A stretch of 64,000 nucleotides of DNA, from assembly GCA_964016885.1 (NCBI GenBank), contig OZ024743.1:122202001-122266000 (forward strand). The letters are read 5' to 3'. Positions within the stretch are counted from its first letter, which is position 1. Each line of letters starts with the position of its first letter. Below the pieces are notes generated by a model. That model ran no database searches. It had not been told where the DNA came from and saw nothing but the letters and a program-made list of their open reading frames with translations. The position numbers and the translations under genes are program-made. The stretch comes from Eledone cirrhosa. Lineage: Eukaryota. This document shows positions 1 to 12,495 of this stretch, in pieces.

Positions 1-626
1 GTAATATACGTGAACGACAAAGCATAAATGAATTGAGAGAGAGACTGAGCATAAGAGGAATCAAATGCTGCGTGCAGGAGAGGCGGTTACGCTGGTATGG
101 ACATGTGATGCGTATGAAGGATGACAGCTGCATAAAAAGGTGCAGAGCACTAGAAGTTGATGGAAACCGCGGAGTGGGGAGACCCAAGATGACTTGGGAT
201 GAGGTGATAAAAGCCGACCTTACCCAACTACACCTCTCAAAGTCAATGACACACGACCGTGACTTCTGGCGTCACGCAGTAATACAGGGTACCCGACCTC
301 CCATGGGTACATGCTGAAGCATATAAACAATATGCCCCCCCCCCCCCACCGCAAGGTGGTCGTGGAGGTGCCACGGCAAAAAAGCACCCAGCCCACACTG
401 TAAAGTGGACGTGTAGGCGCCACGAAAAAGCACCCAGCACTCACTGTAAATGAGGTTGGTGTTAGGAAGGGCATCCAGCTGTAGAAATCAAGCCAGATCA
501 GTTCCTGTATGAGCAAGGCATGGTCAGCCGACCAGACACTGCCCACAACAGGACAACCCGTCTAACCCATGCTAGCGTGGAAGAACGGACGTAAAACGGT
601 GATGATGATGATGATGATGATGATGA
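1..626 (+). mobile_element. 3' end of an RTE-clade LINE (RT C-terminus, 3' UTR and (GAT)n tail)
   Basis: ORF 33..317 has RRLRWYGHVMRM...GRPKMTWDEVIKADL...DRDFWR, typical of RTE C-termini; ends in (gat)n at ~600-626. Confidence 0.85.
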
Positions 627-1314
627 CTGTGTTCAGGTGCACTAAAATGCTGACACAAATATGAATGCTGAGCGTCTAATTCAAATTACAGAAGATATCA
701 ATATATAAATGAAGCATATGGATCAAAAGAGTAGGAGATTGATCAAGTGGGAGTGATAGAAAATGAGAGAAAAAGAAAGACAACGAAGGAAAAAGAGGAG
801 AAGCAGGAGAGTGGAAATAGGATGTTGTAATAGTATAAAACAGAGAGTGTCAATCAAGTAATTTAAAATAACACTGAAAATAAAAAGAAATGACAATGAT
901 GGAGTGGACATTGTAATTGTTAGATGTCTTTTGCAATGGCATTATTGATGCCTTTCATCTTTCCGACCGATAAAATAATTAACAGTGAAATCCTGTTCCG
1001 ATCGATATAATCAACAGTTCCCTCCTACTGATATTTCTGGCCTTATGCCTATGTAAAAAGTATACAATCACAATTTTAAGTTAAAGAGAAGCAAAGCATG
1101 CATGCTGACGGTAAGCAGAAACTGAAAGAATAAGATATCAAGTGGGAGACATAAAAAGTAAGAGAGAAAGGTAAGACAAAAGATGTAAGATACAGGAACA
1201 GGTAGGAGAGTGGAAATAAAATACAGTAGCAATATGAGAGAGGAGGGGGAGGAAGGGAGAAAGAGTGTGAATAAGAGGTGGTGTAGTAAAATATATATTC
1301 AGTCTCCAGTAGTA

Positions 1315-1359
1315 GCAGTCTGATGACCCTGAGAGAAGCAGGTGAAACTCCAGAATAAC
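1315..1359 (+). ncRNA. Degenerate hammerhead ribozyme motif
   Basis: CUGAUGA 1320-1326, stem II ccug/cagg, GAAA 1344-1347; stems III and I poorly paired. Confidence 0.4.
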
Positions 1360-1494
1360 AAGACTCAGTATTTAGCCTTTATGTAGACAATTATAATAGA
1401 CACAGAAACATGTTAAAGCAAATAAATTCCTAATTTCCTTCATGATGACGTTTTATTTTTCTTGGTGCAATACTTGCTTATATATATATATATT

Positions 1495-1672
1495 AAATAT
1501 TAATAAAATAGATGTTCTTGTGATCAATTAAATTTTATTATACATATTTCAGAGGTCATGTATCATTTTATTTTATCTGATGAGGACGTACTATTGAACT
1601 TGATTCAAGTACCTCTGAAATATGTATAATAAAATTTAATTGATCACAAGAACACCTATTTTATTAATATTT
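1495..1672. repeat. Fold-back inverted repeat (62-bp arms) beside (TA)n, containing an HHR
   Basis: 1495-1556 is the near-perfect reverse complement of 1611-1672. Confidence 0.9.
1570..1635 (+). ncRNA. Type I hammerhead ribozyme
   Basis: auuuuau / CUGAUGA (1577) / stem II ggacguac..guaccucu / GAAA (1617) / uaugua UA / auaaaau; 7-bp stem I. Confidence 0.75.
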
Positions 1673-1778
1673 GAATTTAATATTAATAACTCTGGAAAAT
1701 ATCTTTCTGTAGAGTGATTTCAATCTACTGTAAAACTCATTCTTTGATGTACTCATTGGATGTTGTTTAACTCTTAAA

Positions 1779-1809
<31 letters not shown>

Positions 1810-1993
1810 TATACAACACCACCTGCCTCTTTGAGGTCAAATACCAACCCTACTAGTATCTACAAACTGACCAATGAGAATTAAGACTATTCTTGCTGAC
1901 AACATTAAATTATTCCTAACAAGCTCATATGTCTCAAGGCTCTGATACCATCAACACTATAAACACATAGCTGGCATATCTAAGAAATGACTA

Positions 1994-2049
1994 ACTGCCT
2001 GATGAGGTCATAACCATTCAATGGCTATCATCGAAATATATATAGCAGT
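1994..2049 (+). ncRNA. Type I hammerhead ribozyme with palindromic stem III
   Basis: acugc / CUGAUGA (1999) / stem II with auaaccauu..aauggcuau / GAAA (2033) / uauaua UA / gcagu, followed by AATAAA; inside an insert bounded by (TA)n at ~1790 and ~2095. Confidence 0.8.
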
Positions 2050-2114
2050 AAATAAAGGATTATGAGTTCATGCAATTGACTTATGTTTCGTCACTATATA
2101 TATATATATATATA

Positions 2115-2372
2115 TCATCATCCTCATCATCACCGTTTTACGTCCGTTTTTCCACGCTAGCATGGGTTGGACGGGTTGTCCTGTTGTGGACAGTGTCTGG
2201 TCGGCTGACCATGCCTTGCTCATACAGGAACTGATTTGGCTTGATTTCTACAGCTGGATGCCCTTCCTAACACCAACCTCATTTACAGTGAGTGCTGGGT
2301 GGTTTTTCGTGGCGCCTACACGTCCACTTTACAGTGTGGGCTGGGTGCTTTTTTGCCGTGGCACCTCCATGG
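2115..2372 (-). mobile_element. Copy of the LINE/SINE 3' tail seen at ~363-626
   Basis: Near-identical reverse complement of 363-620, with a (cat)n tail. Confidence 0.85.
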
Positions 2373-2375
2373 CCA

Positions 2376-2960
2376 CTTATTCCTGAGAGGGTCGTGGGAG
2401 TAGAGACCTCAAACACTCCTTCCAACAGGTCTTGTCAGAAGCAACCATCTCCAACTGATCCGGTTGGATCCCTAAGCGAGACCAGCCAAGCTCATGGATG
2501 TCATCCAACCATCTTGCTTGGGGTCTGCCTCTTTCCTAAGACATTCTTTCCTAAGACATTCTAAACACATGCCCATAGTATTGGAGCTGTGATCTCTCAA
2601 TTCGGAGAAGTAGCAGCTCCACCTGGAATCTTTGCTCTCTGATCTCCGAGCTAGGCACACTATTGAATAACATTACTCCAAAGACCCTTTGGAGGAATCC
2701 CATTTCAGCTGATTGTATTCGCGATCATATACTTTCAGTCATTATCCAGGATTCATGACCATAAGTAAGGGTTGGCACGAATACTGAATTGAAGATAGTG
2801 CGTTTGGCCTTTACATCTACTTCTCTTCTGAATGCTGAAGCTAGTGCATTATTGCACCAGCTCCTGCAATTCTTGCACTTAATTCAGCCTCCTACCTTCC
2901 ATCAATTATGAGATACTTGAACTTCTCCACCTGCTTCAGTGGAACTCCATTCATGTAGAG
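2376..2960 (-). mobile_element. Degenerate RTE LINE fragment
   Basis: Homologous to 14790-15195 and 17275-17590; minus frames give RTE-like C-terminal sequence (IERSQLQYYGHV). Confidence 0.7.
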
Positions 2961-2979
2961 TGCAGATATAACTTTATCA

Positions 2980-3670
2980 TACCATCATCATCATCATCAT
3001 CATCATCATTGTTTAATGTTAGCATGGGTAGGACGGACTGTCCCTTCATGAGAGATCAGGTCGGAGGACCGTGTTTTGCTCACACAGGGCTGATTTTGCC
3101 TTGGGTTCTATGGCTGGATGCCTTTCCTAATGCCAACCATATTTAAAGTGTGCTGGGTGCTTCTTGTCATGACACCTACACAACCACTTTACATCGTGGA
3201 CTGGGCGCTTTTTTTCCTGTCGCCGACACGATCACTTTTCAGTGTAGAATGGGCACTTTTTGTCATGACTCCTACATGACCAATATATATATATATCATC
3301 ATCATCATCATCATCGTTTAACGTCCATCTTCCACGTTTGCATGGGTTTGGACGGGAATTTTCCCACTTGAGGCAAGATTGGTTGACTTGCTCGTATAGG
3401 ACTGTCTGGCGGGTTTTCTACGGCTGAATGCCCTTCCTAACACCAACCACGTTTACAGTTTACATATATATATATGGTTGGTGTTAGGAAGGGCATCCAA
3501 TTGGAGAAACTAAGCCAAAATACAGATCCGTATGAGCATGACATCGTCTCTGGACCTGACATGTCTCATAATATGACAACCCGTCTTACCCATACAAGTG
3601 TGAAAAAAATAGACATTAAACAATGATGATGTTCGGAGCATGGAACAGCAGATGTAAAATGATGATGATG
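2980..3670. mobile_element. Cluster of older LINE/SINE 3'-tail copies with (CAT)n tails, both orientations
   Basis: Repeated motifs atgcccttcctaacaccaacc and catgggt..gacgg shared with 363-626. Confidence 0.7.
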
Positions 3671-4204
3671 AAAAATTACAATGATATTATATATGTGTGC
3701 ACGCGTGTGTGTGTGTATGTTAAAAGCAAAAGCATACAGTACAATGAAAATATTAGTTTAATGTTTGATCTAGTAGGAAATGAGTCTTAACATTTTGGAC
3801 GTTACATATATGTAAATGTATGTATCCCAAATACAAATTAAAAAATGTAGGTATCCCAAATACAGAAAATAACTAAGCACAGTCGATTGTTAGAAGTAGT
3901 AACTTGGAAAATTGGTTAAAATATCCTTGTGGACAGAAAAAAGTGACCAGCATCTGCTATGGAGAAACAGCTGCTGGCCATTTTTATTTGTCCATTGGGG
4001 GTATTTTCCAAGCTATTATCATTAGCAATTGACTCTGGTTACAGTTATTATCTATGTTTGGGATTTCTACACTTTCTAAGAATTTCAAATACAATCCAAT
4101 GTGCCGATAATTAATATAGTACACACACACACAATATGTGTATGCAAAAAGTAAATGGAAAGAACAAAGCAAATATCACACTTGATATAGTAGGAGAAAA
4201 GAGG

Positions 4205-4238
4205 CTTTATGTTTCAGACACTAGTCCTTCATCAGAAG
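4205..4238 (-). ncRNA. Minimal Penelope-type hammerhead motif
   Basis: Minus strand: cuu CUGAUGA aggac uagu gucu GAAA cau a aag (ACAU probably a CpG-decayed ACGU palindrome); same family as 53615. Confidence 0.55.
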
Positions 4239-4645
4239 ATAGAATGAGAAGAAAGATAGCAAGTGAAATGAGAAAGGAATGAAAAAAATCTTTTTGAGAA
4301 AAAACATGTATGTATGCTAGTCAACCATTTTGGAGAGAGAGAGAAAAATATATCTAATATATATTTGTGAAATGGGTGTGGTTGAAATTAAGATGTGCAC
4401 GGTTAAATGGTAGTAGACGTGGTCGGGTGGACATGAAAATTTACACATCTATGTAAAAAGTGCCAAGGAAGCAAATAGACGAGGTTTCAAAGCTCTAACT
4501 TGAAAAATGTGGACCCTAGGGCCCCCAAACGGTCTATTTACTATCGAGTTATTTCCCCACTGTTCTAATACTTAATTGAGTTATTTACAATTTCATACAA
4601 ATTTTTAAACTCATCAACGTTCTTTTGCTGTTAACATACAGTACC

Positions 4646-5110
4646 AATAATTTGAAAAATATTATTGAAAGTTTATTATAAAGAAGCAGTTTCAGGAAAA
4701 AAAATAGAAATATGCACTTGGGGCTGGACGGCGTACAATGAGAAGTGGAGCGACGTGAAAAGCGTTGTTTATTAACAGTGAAATAGCAATGTCGATTATA
4801 TGCAATTTTGAAAATGCAGATTAATAAATTGTTGCCTTCTACAGTACGTTTCATTTTCATATTTCAATTACAGTTGCTCCATATTAAATTTAAATACTTC
4901 TATAACGATCATACAGTACCGTTTTATGAAATTGATTCTGCAGTAGAATTTTACGAAATGCCAAATCGAAAAAGGTCACTGTTTTCTAACAAAAGAAATA
5001 AAACCCTTACCTTCTCATTGTACGCCGTCCAGCCCCAAGTGCATATTTCTATTTTTTTTCCTGAAACTGCTTCTTTATAATAAACTTTCAATAATATTTT
5101 TCAAATTATT
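4646..5110. repeat. 100-bp inverted repeat with 265-bp spacer
   Basis: 4646-4745 is the reverse complement of 5011-5110. Confidence 0.9.
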
Positions 5111-5123
5111 AACTTAATAAAAA

Positions 5124-5156
5124 GTGGCCCCTGGTGCAACCGGGCTCAGCTACTAG
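5124..5156 (+). mobile_element. Helitron-like 3' terminus (GC hairpin plus CTAG)
   Basis: gcccctggtgcaaccgggc hairpin, then CTAG at 5153-5156. Confidence 0.55.
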
Positions 5157-5198
5157 TATATATATATATTAACTAGAAATTGATTGACATATATATAT

Positions 5199-5856
5199 AT
5201 ATGAATAACGTTAGTCCTTCATCAGTGATCTTCCAACTATCATTGGTATTTCATCGCTTTAAAGACCATATACCTCCGGTTGGTGCGAGCAACGGCTAAA
5301 AAAAGTCGTTGGGACACGTAAATAAAGGGGACACGAGAGTGTAAACAAACAAAGATGGTGAAGCAACGAAAAGTGAGGAAGAAAGAATCAAGTCCCAAAT
5401 TTCCATGAATATAAGTTCGGTGAAATCGTGAACAAGAGAGAATAAAGACCATCAAACCTGGTTGGAATGTGAGCAAGGAAGGAATTCCGTACAGGTCTAA
5501 CGGGAGGAAGAAGGAATCTAGTCTGTGAATTCGGTGAACGTAAGTTCTGTGAAATCATAGACGAGAGGGAGAAAAAAAACGAACCTGCCTGACCAAGGGT
5601 GCGAAAGAAAAGAGTTACGCACAGGTCAAATGGGAAGAAGGGGGAGGAGGAGAGGTAGTAACAGAGAGTGAGTGAAGGGTGAAGAAGAGGCTAACAGAGA
5701 GAGTGACTGTTAGAGAGAGTAAAGATACAGAGAATGAGGAAGCAGTAAGAACGAAATAGATGGGTCACAGCGGGGAAAAAATATGTGTAAATATGAGAAT
5801 AAACGTGGTGCGTGGTTGCTAATGGGTTACATATGAATAACGTTAGTCCTTCATCA
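5199..5856 (-). mobile_element. (TA)n-inserted non-coding element with 26-bp terminal direct repeat (pseudo-LTR-like)
   Basis: atatgaataacgttagtccttcatca at 5199-5224 and 5831-5856; minus-strand CUGAUGA overlaps the first repeat; related to 62595-62660. Confidence 0.6.
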
Positions 5857-5902
5857 TATATATATAAAATAAACATGTCTCTCAGACCCTTAATTTAATT
5901 TT

Positions 5903-5952
<50 letters not shown>

Positions 5953-5954
<2 letters not shown>

Positions 5955-6139
5955 CGAGGGAAAAGTGGTAAGGAACCAGGTGGACCATAACGCACCAAAG
6001 TACTCAATACTTAGGGTAGTAGAGTGGGTAATAGGAGTAAGTAAGACCCCGACGGCTGAGCTCAAGCCGTTTCGACGGCTAATTGAGTACAGAATTAGCC
6101 GTCGAAACGGCTTGAGCTCAGCCGTCGGGGTCTTACTTA

Positions 6140-6142
<3 letters not shown>
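5953..6142. mobile_element. Family-B fold-back insert in (TA)n carrying an HHR 3' half
   Basis: Perfect 50-bp arms 6035-6084/6093-6142; each arm reads GAAA cggcu..agccg UC gggg on one strand; homologous to 31300, 41238 and 62838. Confidence 0.85.
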
Positions 6143-6185
<43 letters not shown>

Positions 6186-6188
<3 letters not shown>

Positions 6189-6420
6189 GAATAATCGAGT
6201 ATCGAAAAAACGGCGCACGAGTTCACGATAAACAAAATTGGATATGAGCGGCAGAGGGCTCAATAATTTAGATAAATCAGAGCTATAACTATCGTTAAAA
6301 TACCGTCACACATAGAACAAGTCTATAATCAACCATACGACCGAAAAATTGCGATCTGGAAGATTCGGGACACTCAGATAAAAAATCAATAAATCAATAA
6401 ATCAAATGAATGTAATAGTG
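6186..6420. repeat. Dispersed repeat next to (TA)n; copies at 61863-62090 and 62463-62577
   Basis: Shared tagaataatcgagt...gcagagggctcaataatt.agataaatcagagctataactatcgttaaa. Confidence 0.8.
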
Positions 6421-6572
6421 CCAATCGTATATGTAATATAGAATATGCTTCAATCAATCCCGGTTGGAGCTGTATAAATGAAGTAATTCCGTCGGAAAAG
6501 TCCAGGAAAAAAGAGTGCTCTATGGAGGTAACAGAGCTTAATAGTTATGTAATAAACAACATAAGGCAATTA

Positions 6573-6633
6573 TTTCATTTACCAGTGGTTTCTTAAAAGC
6601 AAAAAAATTTTGCTTTCAATCATCAGAATGAAA
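6573..6633 (-). ncRNA. Type I hammerhead ribozyme (left end of the large inverted repeat)
   Basis: Reverse complement of the 10763-10823 motif. Confidence 0.85.
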
Positions 6634-7300
6634 AAATCCTGGCGTATTTATTGACGTTGGATTTTAAAAACAAAAATGCAATCTATATGAAAGTGAGGCT
6701 GGAAAAGGAAGAAGGAAAGGAAAAATAAAATAAAAACACACATGCAAACACACACACGCACACACAATTATATACATACACATATATATATATGTATACA
6801 TACATACATACATACACACACACATATATACACACACACACACACACATATATATGTGTATATATATACATACACATACATACACACATAAATATCAACA
6901 TATCCATACATACACATACATATATATAATTGGAAATCAGTAAAATCGAATCTCTGGCGGTTTGCAGGTAAATTCGGCCTACTTATATGAAATGATGAGT
7001 TAGCAAAGCACTCGATAAGATAGGGCCTCAGAGTAATAACATACGTTTAAATAGCTTCACAAATCGAACATTGTGGTAAGCGAAACTAACACACAATACA
7101 TACCAAAGCAACGATAGAACTAATCAGGTTGAGAAAAGTACACCTGGACAAATCAAACGAACAGTCGTTTAAAGTGTTTCTTTGAATCCGAAATCAAATA
7201 TCAGACTTACGTGAATGGCAAGCTCGTGGTATTGGTGATCGAACAGAGGATTCAGTTTATCAACAGGTTTTCGTTCTATATATATATATATATATTTTCG

Positions 7301-7361
<61 letters not shown>

Positions 7362-7644
7362 TACACATACACATACATACATACATACACACAATCATAC
7401 GTATATACACACGTACATACATACACACATATATACATGCATACATACGCATGCACAAAAATAGAAATATATACACACACCTCTACATACTCACACACAA
7501 ATAAATATAAGAAAAAACACACGTGGTAAGCAATACACACAAATGCACGTACACATACATACGTAAAAATAAATACACACACACACTCTCACACATAAAT
7601 ATACATATACAAATACATAAACACATACATACGCATACACAAAT

Positions 7645-7681
<37 letters not shown>

Positions 7682-7710
7682 CACACACATACACATATAC
7701 ATATATACAC

Positions 7711-7789
<79 letters not shown>

Positions 7790-8376
7790 TATATATATAT
7801 ACACACACATACATACATAGCCATACAATTATACACATACATATCACAAACACGTACATACAAATACAAACACACATATATATATATATATGTGTAAACT
7901 CATTCTTAGATAATTCATATGAACCTTATTTAACTCTAAAATATATATATATATATATATACACACATACGCATACATACACATACGCATACATACTCAC
8001 ATACACATATATACACACACATATATACACACACATATATACATACACATACGTATGCATACGTACATACACACACACACACATATATATATACAACTCA
8101 ATATATAGATATATATAGATATAGATATATATATATGAGAAAGAACATAATTATTATATATATATAAAAAATTGTATATGTAAAAAAATATTGTATATAT
8201 AAAAATAAAAATAAAAATAAAAATAAAAATAAAAATAAAAATAAAAATAAAAATAAAAAGTTGGGAATACGACAAATAATAAATAAAAAATATATATTTA
8301 GGAAAGGGTATAAATGCTTATAGCAGATTTAGAGCACTCAACAAGTTCCTGGAGGCTATTATATATATACACACAA

Positions 8377-8562
8377 GGGTGGTGAATTGGCAGTATCGGT
8401 AGAGGGTCGGACGCCATGCTTTGCAGCAGAGTTACGTCCCTTTACGAACTCAGTTCAAATCCCGCCGAGGTTAACTTTGCCTTTCATCCTTACTGGGTTG
8501 ACAAAATAAAGTACCAGTAATGCACTGGGTAATTGCTAGCCTTGTGCCAAATGTAGAAACAA
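8377..8562 (+). mobile_element. tRNA-derived SINE with TSD
   Basis: B-box gttcaaatcc; core aactttgcctttcatccttac.gggt.ga.aaaataaagtaccag (resembles the MetaSINE core, from memory); TSD ttatatatatacacacaa. Confidence 0.85.
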
Positions 8563-8883
8563 TTATATATATACACACAAAACCATTATATAAAAAAAAT
8601 TCATATACACGCACAAATATACACACGCCCATACACACACATTAAAGTTATATATACACACATACATACATACATACATACACATATATACATATATATA
8701 TTAAAAAAAAATATATATACACACATATATACACACATACATACATACATATAAATATATACACACACGCGCACGAATACAACAGAAATATATAATATAT
8801 ACGATTATATATACATATACAATTACATACAGATAGATATAAACATACATACACATATCCATATACACACACATATACATACA

Positions 8884-8965
<82 letters not shown>

Positions 8966-9040
8966 CATATACGCAACACAAAAAAATTTAATATCTAGAA
9001 ATTAAAAAATTTTTGGTATGTGAAGAGTAAGGCAAAACTT

Positions 9041-9089
<49 letters not shown>

Positions 9090-10762
9090 GTGTGTATGTA
9101 TGTGTGTGTATATGGATATGTGTATGTATATATATGTGTGTGTATGTATGTTTATATCTATCTGTATGTAATTGTATATGTATATATAATCGTATATATA
9201 TATTTCTGTTGTATTTGTGCGCGTGTGTGTATATATTTATATGTATGTATGTGTGTATATATGTGTGTATATATATATATATATTTTATATATATATATA
9301 TATGTATGTATATATGTGTATGTATGTATGTGTGTATATATAACTTTAATGTGTGTGTATGGGGCGTGTGTATATTTGTGCGTGTATATGTATTTTTTTT
9401 AATATAATGGTTTTGTGTGTATATATATATATAATAGCCTCAGAAAAGGCTTGAGCTCTGCCGTGGGGTCAGACTTTTTACTATGTGTGTGTGTATATAT
9501 ATAGATATATATGTATATAGACGTAATTGTATGTGTGTGTGTATTTCTGTGGTTTGTTTTTTTTTGTGTGTGTCTGTGTATGTATATATATATGTGTATG
9601 TGTGTGTGTATATGTATAAGGGTGTATGTATATGCATCATTACATATAGTGATTTAATGATTTTTTTCATTGTTCTTTTACTCCAGGAACTTGTTGAGTG
9701 CTCTAAATCTGCTATAAGCATTTATACCCTTTCCTAAATATATATCTTTTTATTTATTATTTGTTGTATTCCCAACTTTTTATTTTCATTTTTATTTTTA
9801 TATATACAATATTTTTTAAATATACAATTTTTTATATATATATATATAATAATTATGTTCTTTCTCATATATATATATATTGAGTTGTATATGTATGTGT
9901 GTGTGTGTATGTACGTATGCATACATATGTGTATGTATATATGTGTGTGTAGGTATATATGTGTATGTGAGTATGTATGTATGTGTATGTATGTGTATGT
10001 GTATATATCTATCTATATATATATATATTTTAGAGTTAAATAAGGTTCATATGAATTATCTAAGAATGAGTTTTACACACATATATATATATATATGTGT
10101 GTGTTTGTATTTGTATGTACGTGTTTGTGATATGTATGTATATGTATGTGTATAATTGTATGGCTATGTATATATGTGTGTGTATATATATATTTATGTG
10201 TGTGTATATATGTATATGTGTGTGTATGTATTTGTGTATGCGTATGTATGTGTTTATGTATTTTATATGTATATTTATGTGTGAGAGTGTGTGTATGTAT
10301 TTATTTTTACGTATGTATGTGTACGTGCATTTGTGTGTATGTATGTACGTGTGTATATACGTATAATTGTGTGTATGTATGTATGTATGTATATGTATGT
10401 GTGTATGGCTATGTATGTGTGTGTATATATATATATATATATGTGTGTGGTTGTATATATGTATGTGTATGTATGGATATATTGATATTTATGTGTGTAT
10501 GTATGTATGTGTATATGTATGTGTATGTATATATAGACACATATATATGTGTTTGTCTGTGTGTGTGTATGTGTGTGTGTATGTATGTGTGTATGTATAC
10601 ATATATATATATATGTGTATGTATATAATTGTGTGTGTGTGTGTGTGTTTGCATGTGTGTTTTTATTTTATATTTCCTTTCCTTCTTCCTTTTCCAGCCT
10701 CACTTTCATATAGATTGCATTTTTGTTTTTAAAATCTAACCTCAATAAATACGCCAGGATTT

Positions 10763-10823
10763 TTTCATTCTGATGATTGAAAGCAAAATTTTTTTGCTTT
10801 TAAGAAACCACTGGTAAATGAAA
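10763..10823 (+). ncRNA. Type I hammerhead ribozyme (right end of the large inverted repeat)
   Basis: uuucauu / CUGAUGA (10770) / uugaaagcaaaa..uuuugcuuuuaa / GAAA (10804) / ccacugg UA / aaugaaa; all stems paired, GUA cleavage triplet. Confidence 0.85.
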
Positions 10824-10848
10824 TAATTGCCTTATGTTGTTTATTACA

Positions 10849-10895
<47 letters not shown>

Positions 10896-10943
10896 ATGAA
10901 ATGACAGGAGGCTGGATTTGTGTAAATCCTTGAAAGGTTTATT

Positions 10944-11001
10944 ATACTATGATCATTTCAATGACCGGGTTCCGTATGAATCCGGTGATATCATCAGGTA
11001 T
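10944..11001 (-). ncRNA. Type I hammerhead ribozyme with palindromic stem III (AUGAUCAU)
   Basis: Minus strand: auac CUGAUGA u..accggauuc..ggaacccggu..u GAAA ugauca UA guau AAUAAA; lies in 140 bp (10892-11031) apparently identical to 61609-61748. Confidence 0.75.
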
Positions 11002-11396
11002 TCGAAATATAATACGTGAATGTAATAGATAGATCTGGGTTTGATCCACTGTGTAGCATTTTGGGCAAGTGGCATTTATCAAAGCCTCAGGTCGACTCAT
11101 TCATTGTGAGTGAAATTGGGGAGATGGAAACTGTTTCAAAGCCTGTTGGATGTATTGTAATTATGATTCAATAGTTAAGCCATGCCACATACTGTGTCAT
11201 ACTGAATCTCACTGAAATACTCATGTCTGTGAAATTCTGAGCCATCTACTCATTAAGAGAAAAACAGATATTTCATCATCATCATCGTTTAATGTCTATC
11301 TTTCATGCTAGCATGGGTAGGATTTGAGATTTCAATCCAAATATTATAGATTCATGACTAAAAGCTCGACTGAATATATCTGAAGTAATATATATA

Positions 11397-11560
11397 GGCA
11401 CAGGCATGGCTGTGTGGTTAAGGAATTTGCTTTGTATCCACTGTCTTCAGGTTCAGTTCCATTGTGTGGTACCTTGGGCAAGTATCGTCTACTATAACCT
11501 AGGGTTGACATATGCACACACACAAGTTAAATTTGGTTGATGGGAATTAAGGAAGCCTTT
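11397..11560 (+). mobile_element. tRNA-derived SINE, second family (degenerate)
   Basis: ggctgtgtggttaag A-box, ggttcagttcc B-box, ccttgggcaag core; partial copy at ~11035-11150. Confidence 0.6.
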
Positions 11561-11628
11561 CATATTTCTGGATTTAATATGATTAATTTTTATCTTAAAC
11601 ATTACAGTTATAAATAGATTTAATTATA

Positions 11629-11950
11629 TACACCATATTTGACAGCCAAAAAATGTCCTAAAAATCACCCTGTGTTTTATAAGGTCAGGAGTCAGTTTGG
11701 GTTACTGGCTAGTGGAGTTTTGGTGCTGCAGTGACCCTTAAATTAAATTGCAAACACTTCCTTAAGTTTCAAAAATGTACTAAAATATTACAACTAGAAT
11801 TATAATGTAGAACGATAATAAATAATACTATGTACAAACTTTACATCCTTCACTTGGCATTCAAAGTTTAAACCCATTTATTTTAACTGCCTACCCAAAT
11901 TGAGGAGCGTCTTATAAGTCCATGCATTTTATAAGCCGTCAAATACAGTA
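11629..11950. mobile_element. Degenerate pogo/Tigger-like MITE
   Basis: Imperfect TIRs ccatatttgacag / ccgtcaaatacag with TA flanks. Confidence 0.45.
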
Positions 11951-12495
11951 TATCATCATTATCATCGTTTTTACAACTGCTTTTCCCCGCTTGTATTGGT
12001 TGGAGAGGTCCTTCTCAACACAGCATCTCTCAATTTACCACATTCCTTTGTCATCTCCTCTGTGAGTTTCAGTGATTTGAGATCAGCTCTCACCATAGCT
12101 TTCCACGTCTTCCTTGGTCTACCTCTACTGTGGCTTCCCTCCACTGGTATTTCCTGGCACTTCTTCACCTAGCGATCATCATCCATACGCATCACTCTCC
12201 GTACCAATGCAGTATTCTCTCTTGCACACCACTTCAGATTCCTCTTAAAGCCAGTTTCTCTTTCAGTTCATCCAAGCTTTGCCTTTCTCTCACATATACA
12301 TTGCACATCCAATGAAGCATGATTGCTTCATTTCTCTCCAGCCTACGTATGTTCTCTGCAGTCACTGCCCATGTTTCACTACCATGCAACATCACACTTC
12401 GCACACAGGCGTCATACAGTCATTCTTTTGTATGTAGGGAGAAACCTTTTGTTGTCAACAGTGGGAGTAGCTTTCTAAACTTCCATCCTATCCTT
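11951..12495 (-). mobile_element. RTE LINE 3' fragment
   Basis: ORF 11971..12168 has RGRPRKTWKAMVRADLK. Confidence 0.8.

Larger units (their letters stand above)
6541..10855. repeat. ~4.3-kb nested inverted duplication of microsatellite-rich DNA
   Basis: Outer arms 6541-8354 (interrupted at ~6928-7330) and 9681-10855; inner arms 8352-~8965 (interrupted by a SINE) and ~9045-9441; unique anchor sequences match as reverse complements. Confidence 0.9.

Noticed and set aside
7164-7210. Minus-strand CUGAUA-uuuga..ucaaa-GAAA HHR-like motif
   Set aside because: Core lacks a G and stems I and III do not pair well; at most a decayed remnant
6664-10732. Many ORFs rich in YI/CV/HT repeats
   Set aside because: Translations of (TA)n/(CA)n microsatellites; the same applies to similar ORFs at 31265, 34822, 36547, 47578, 48921 and 60899
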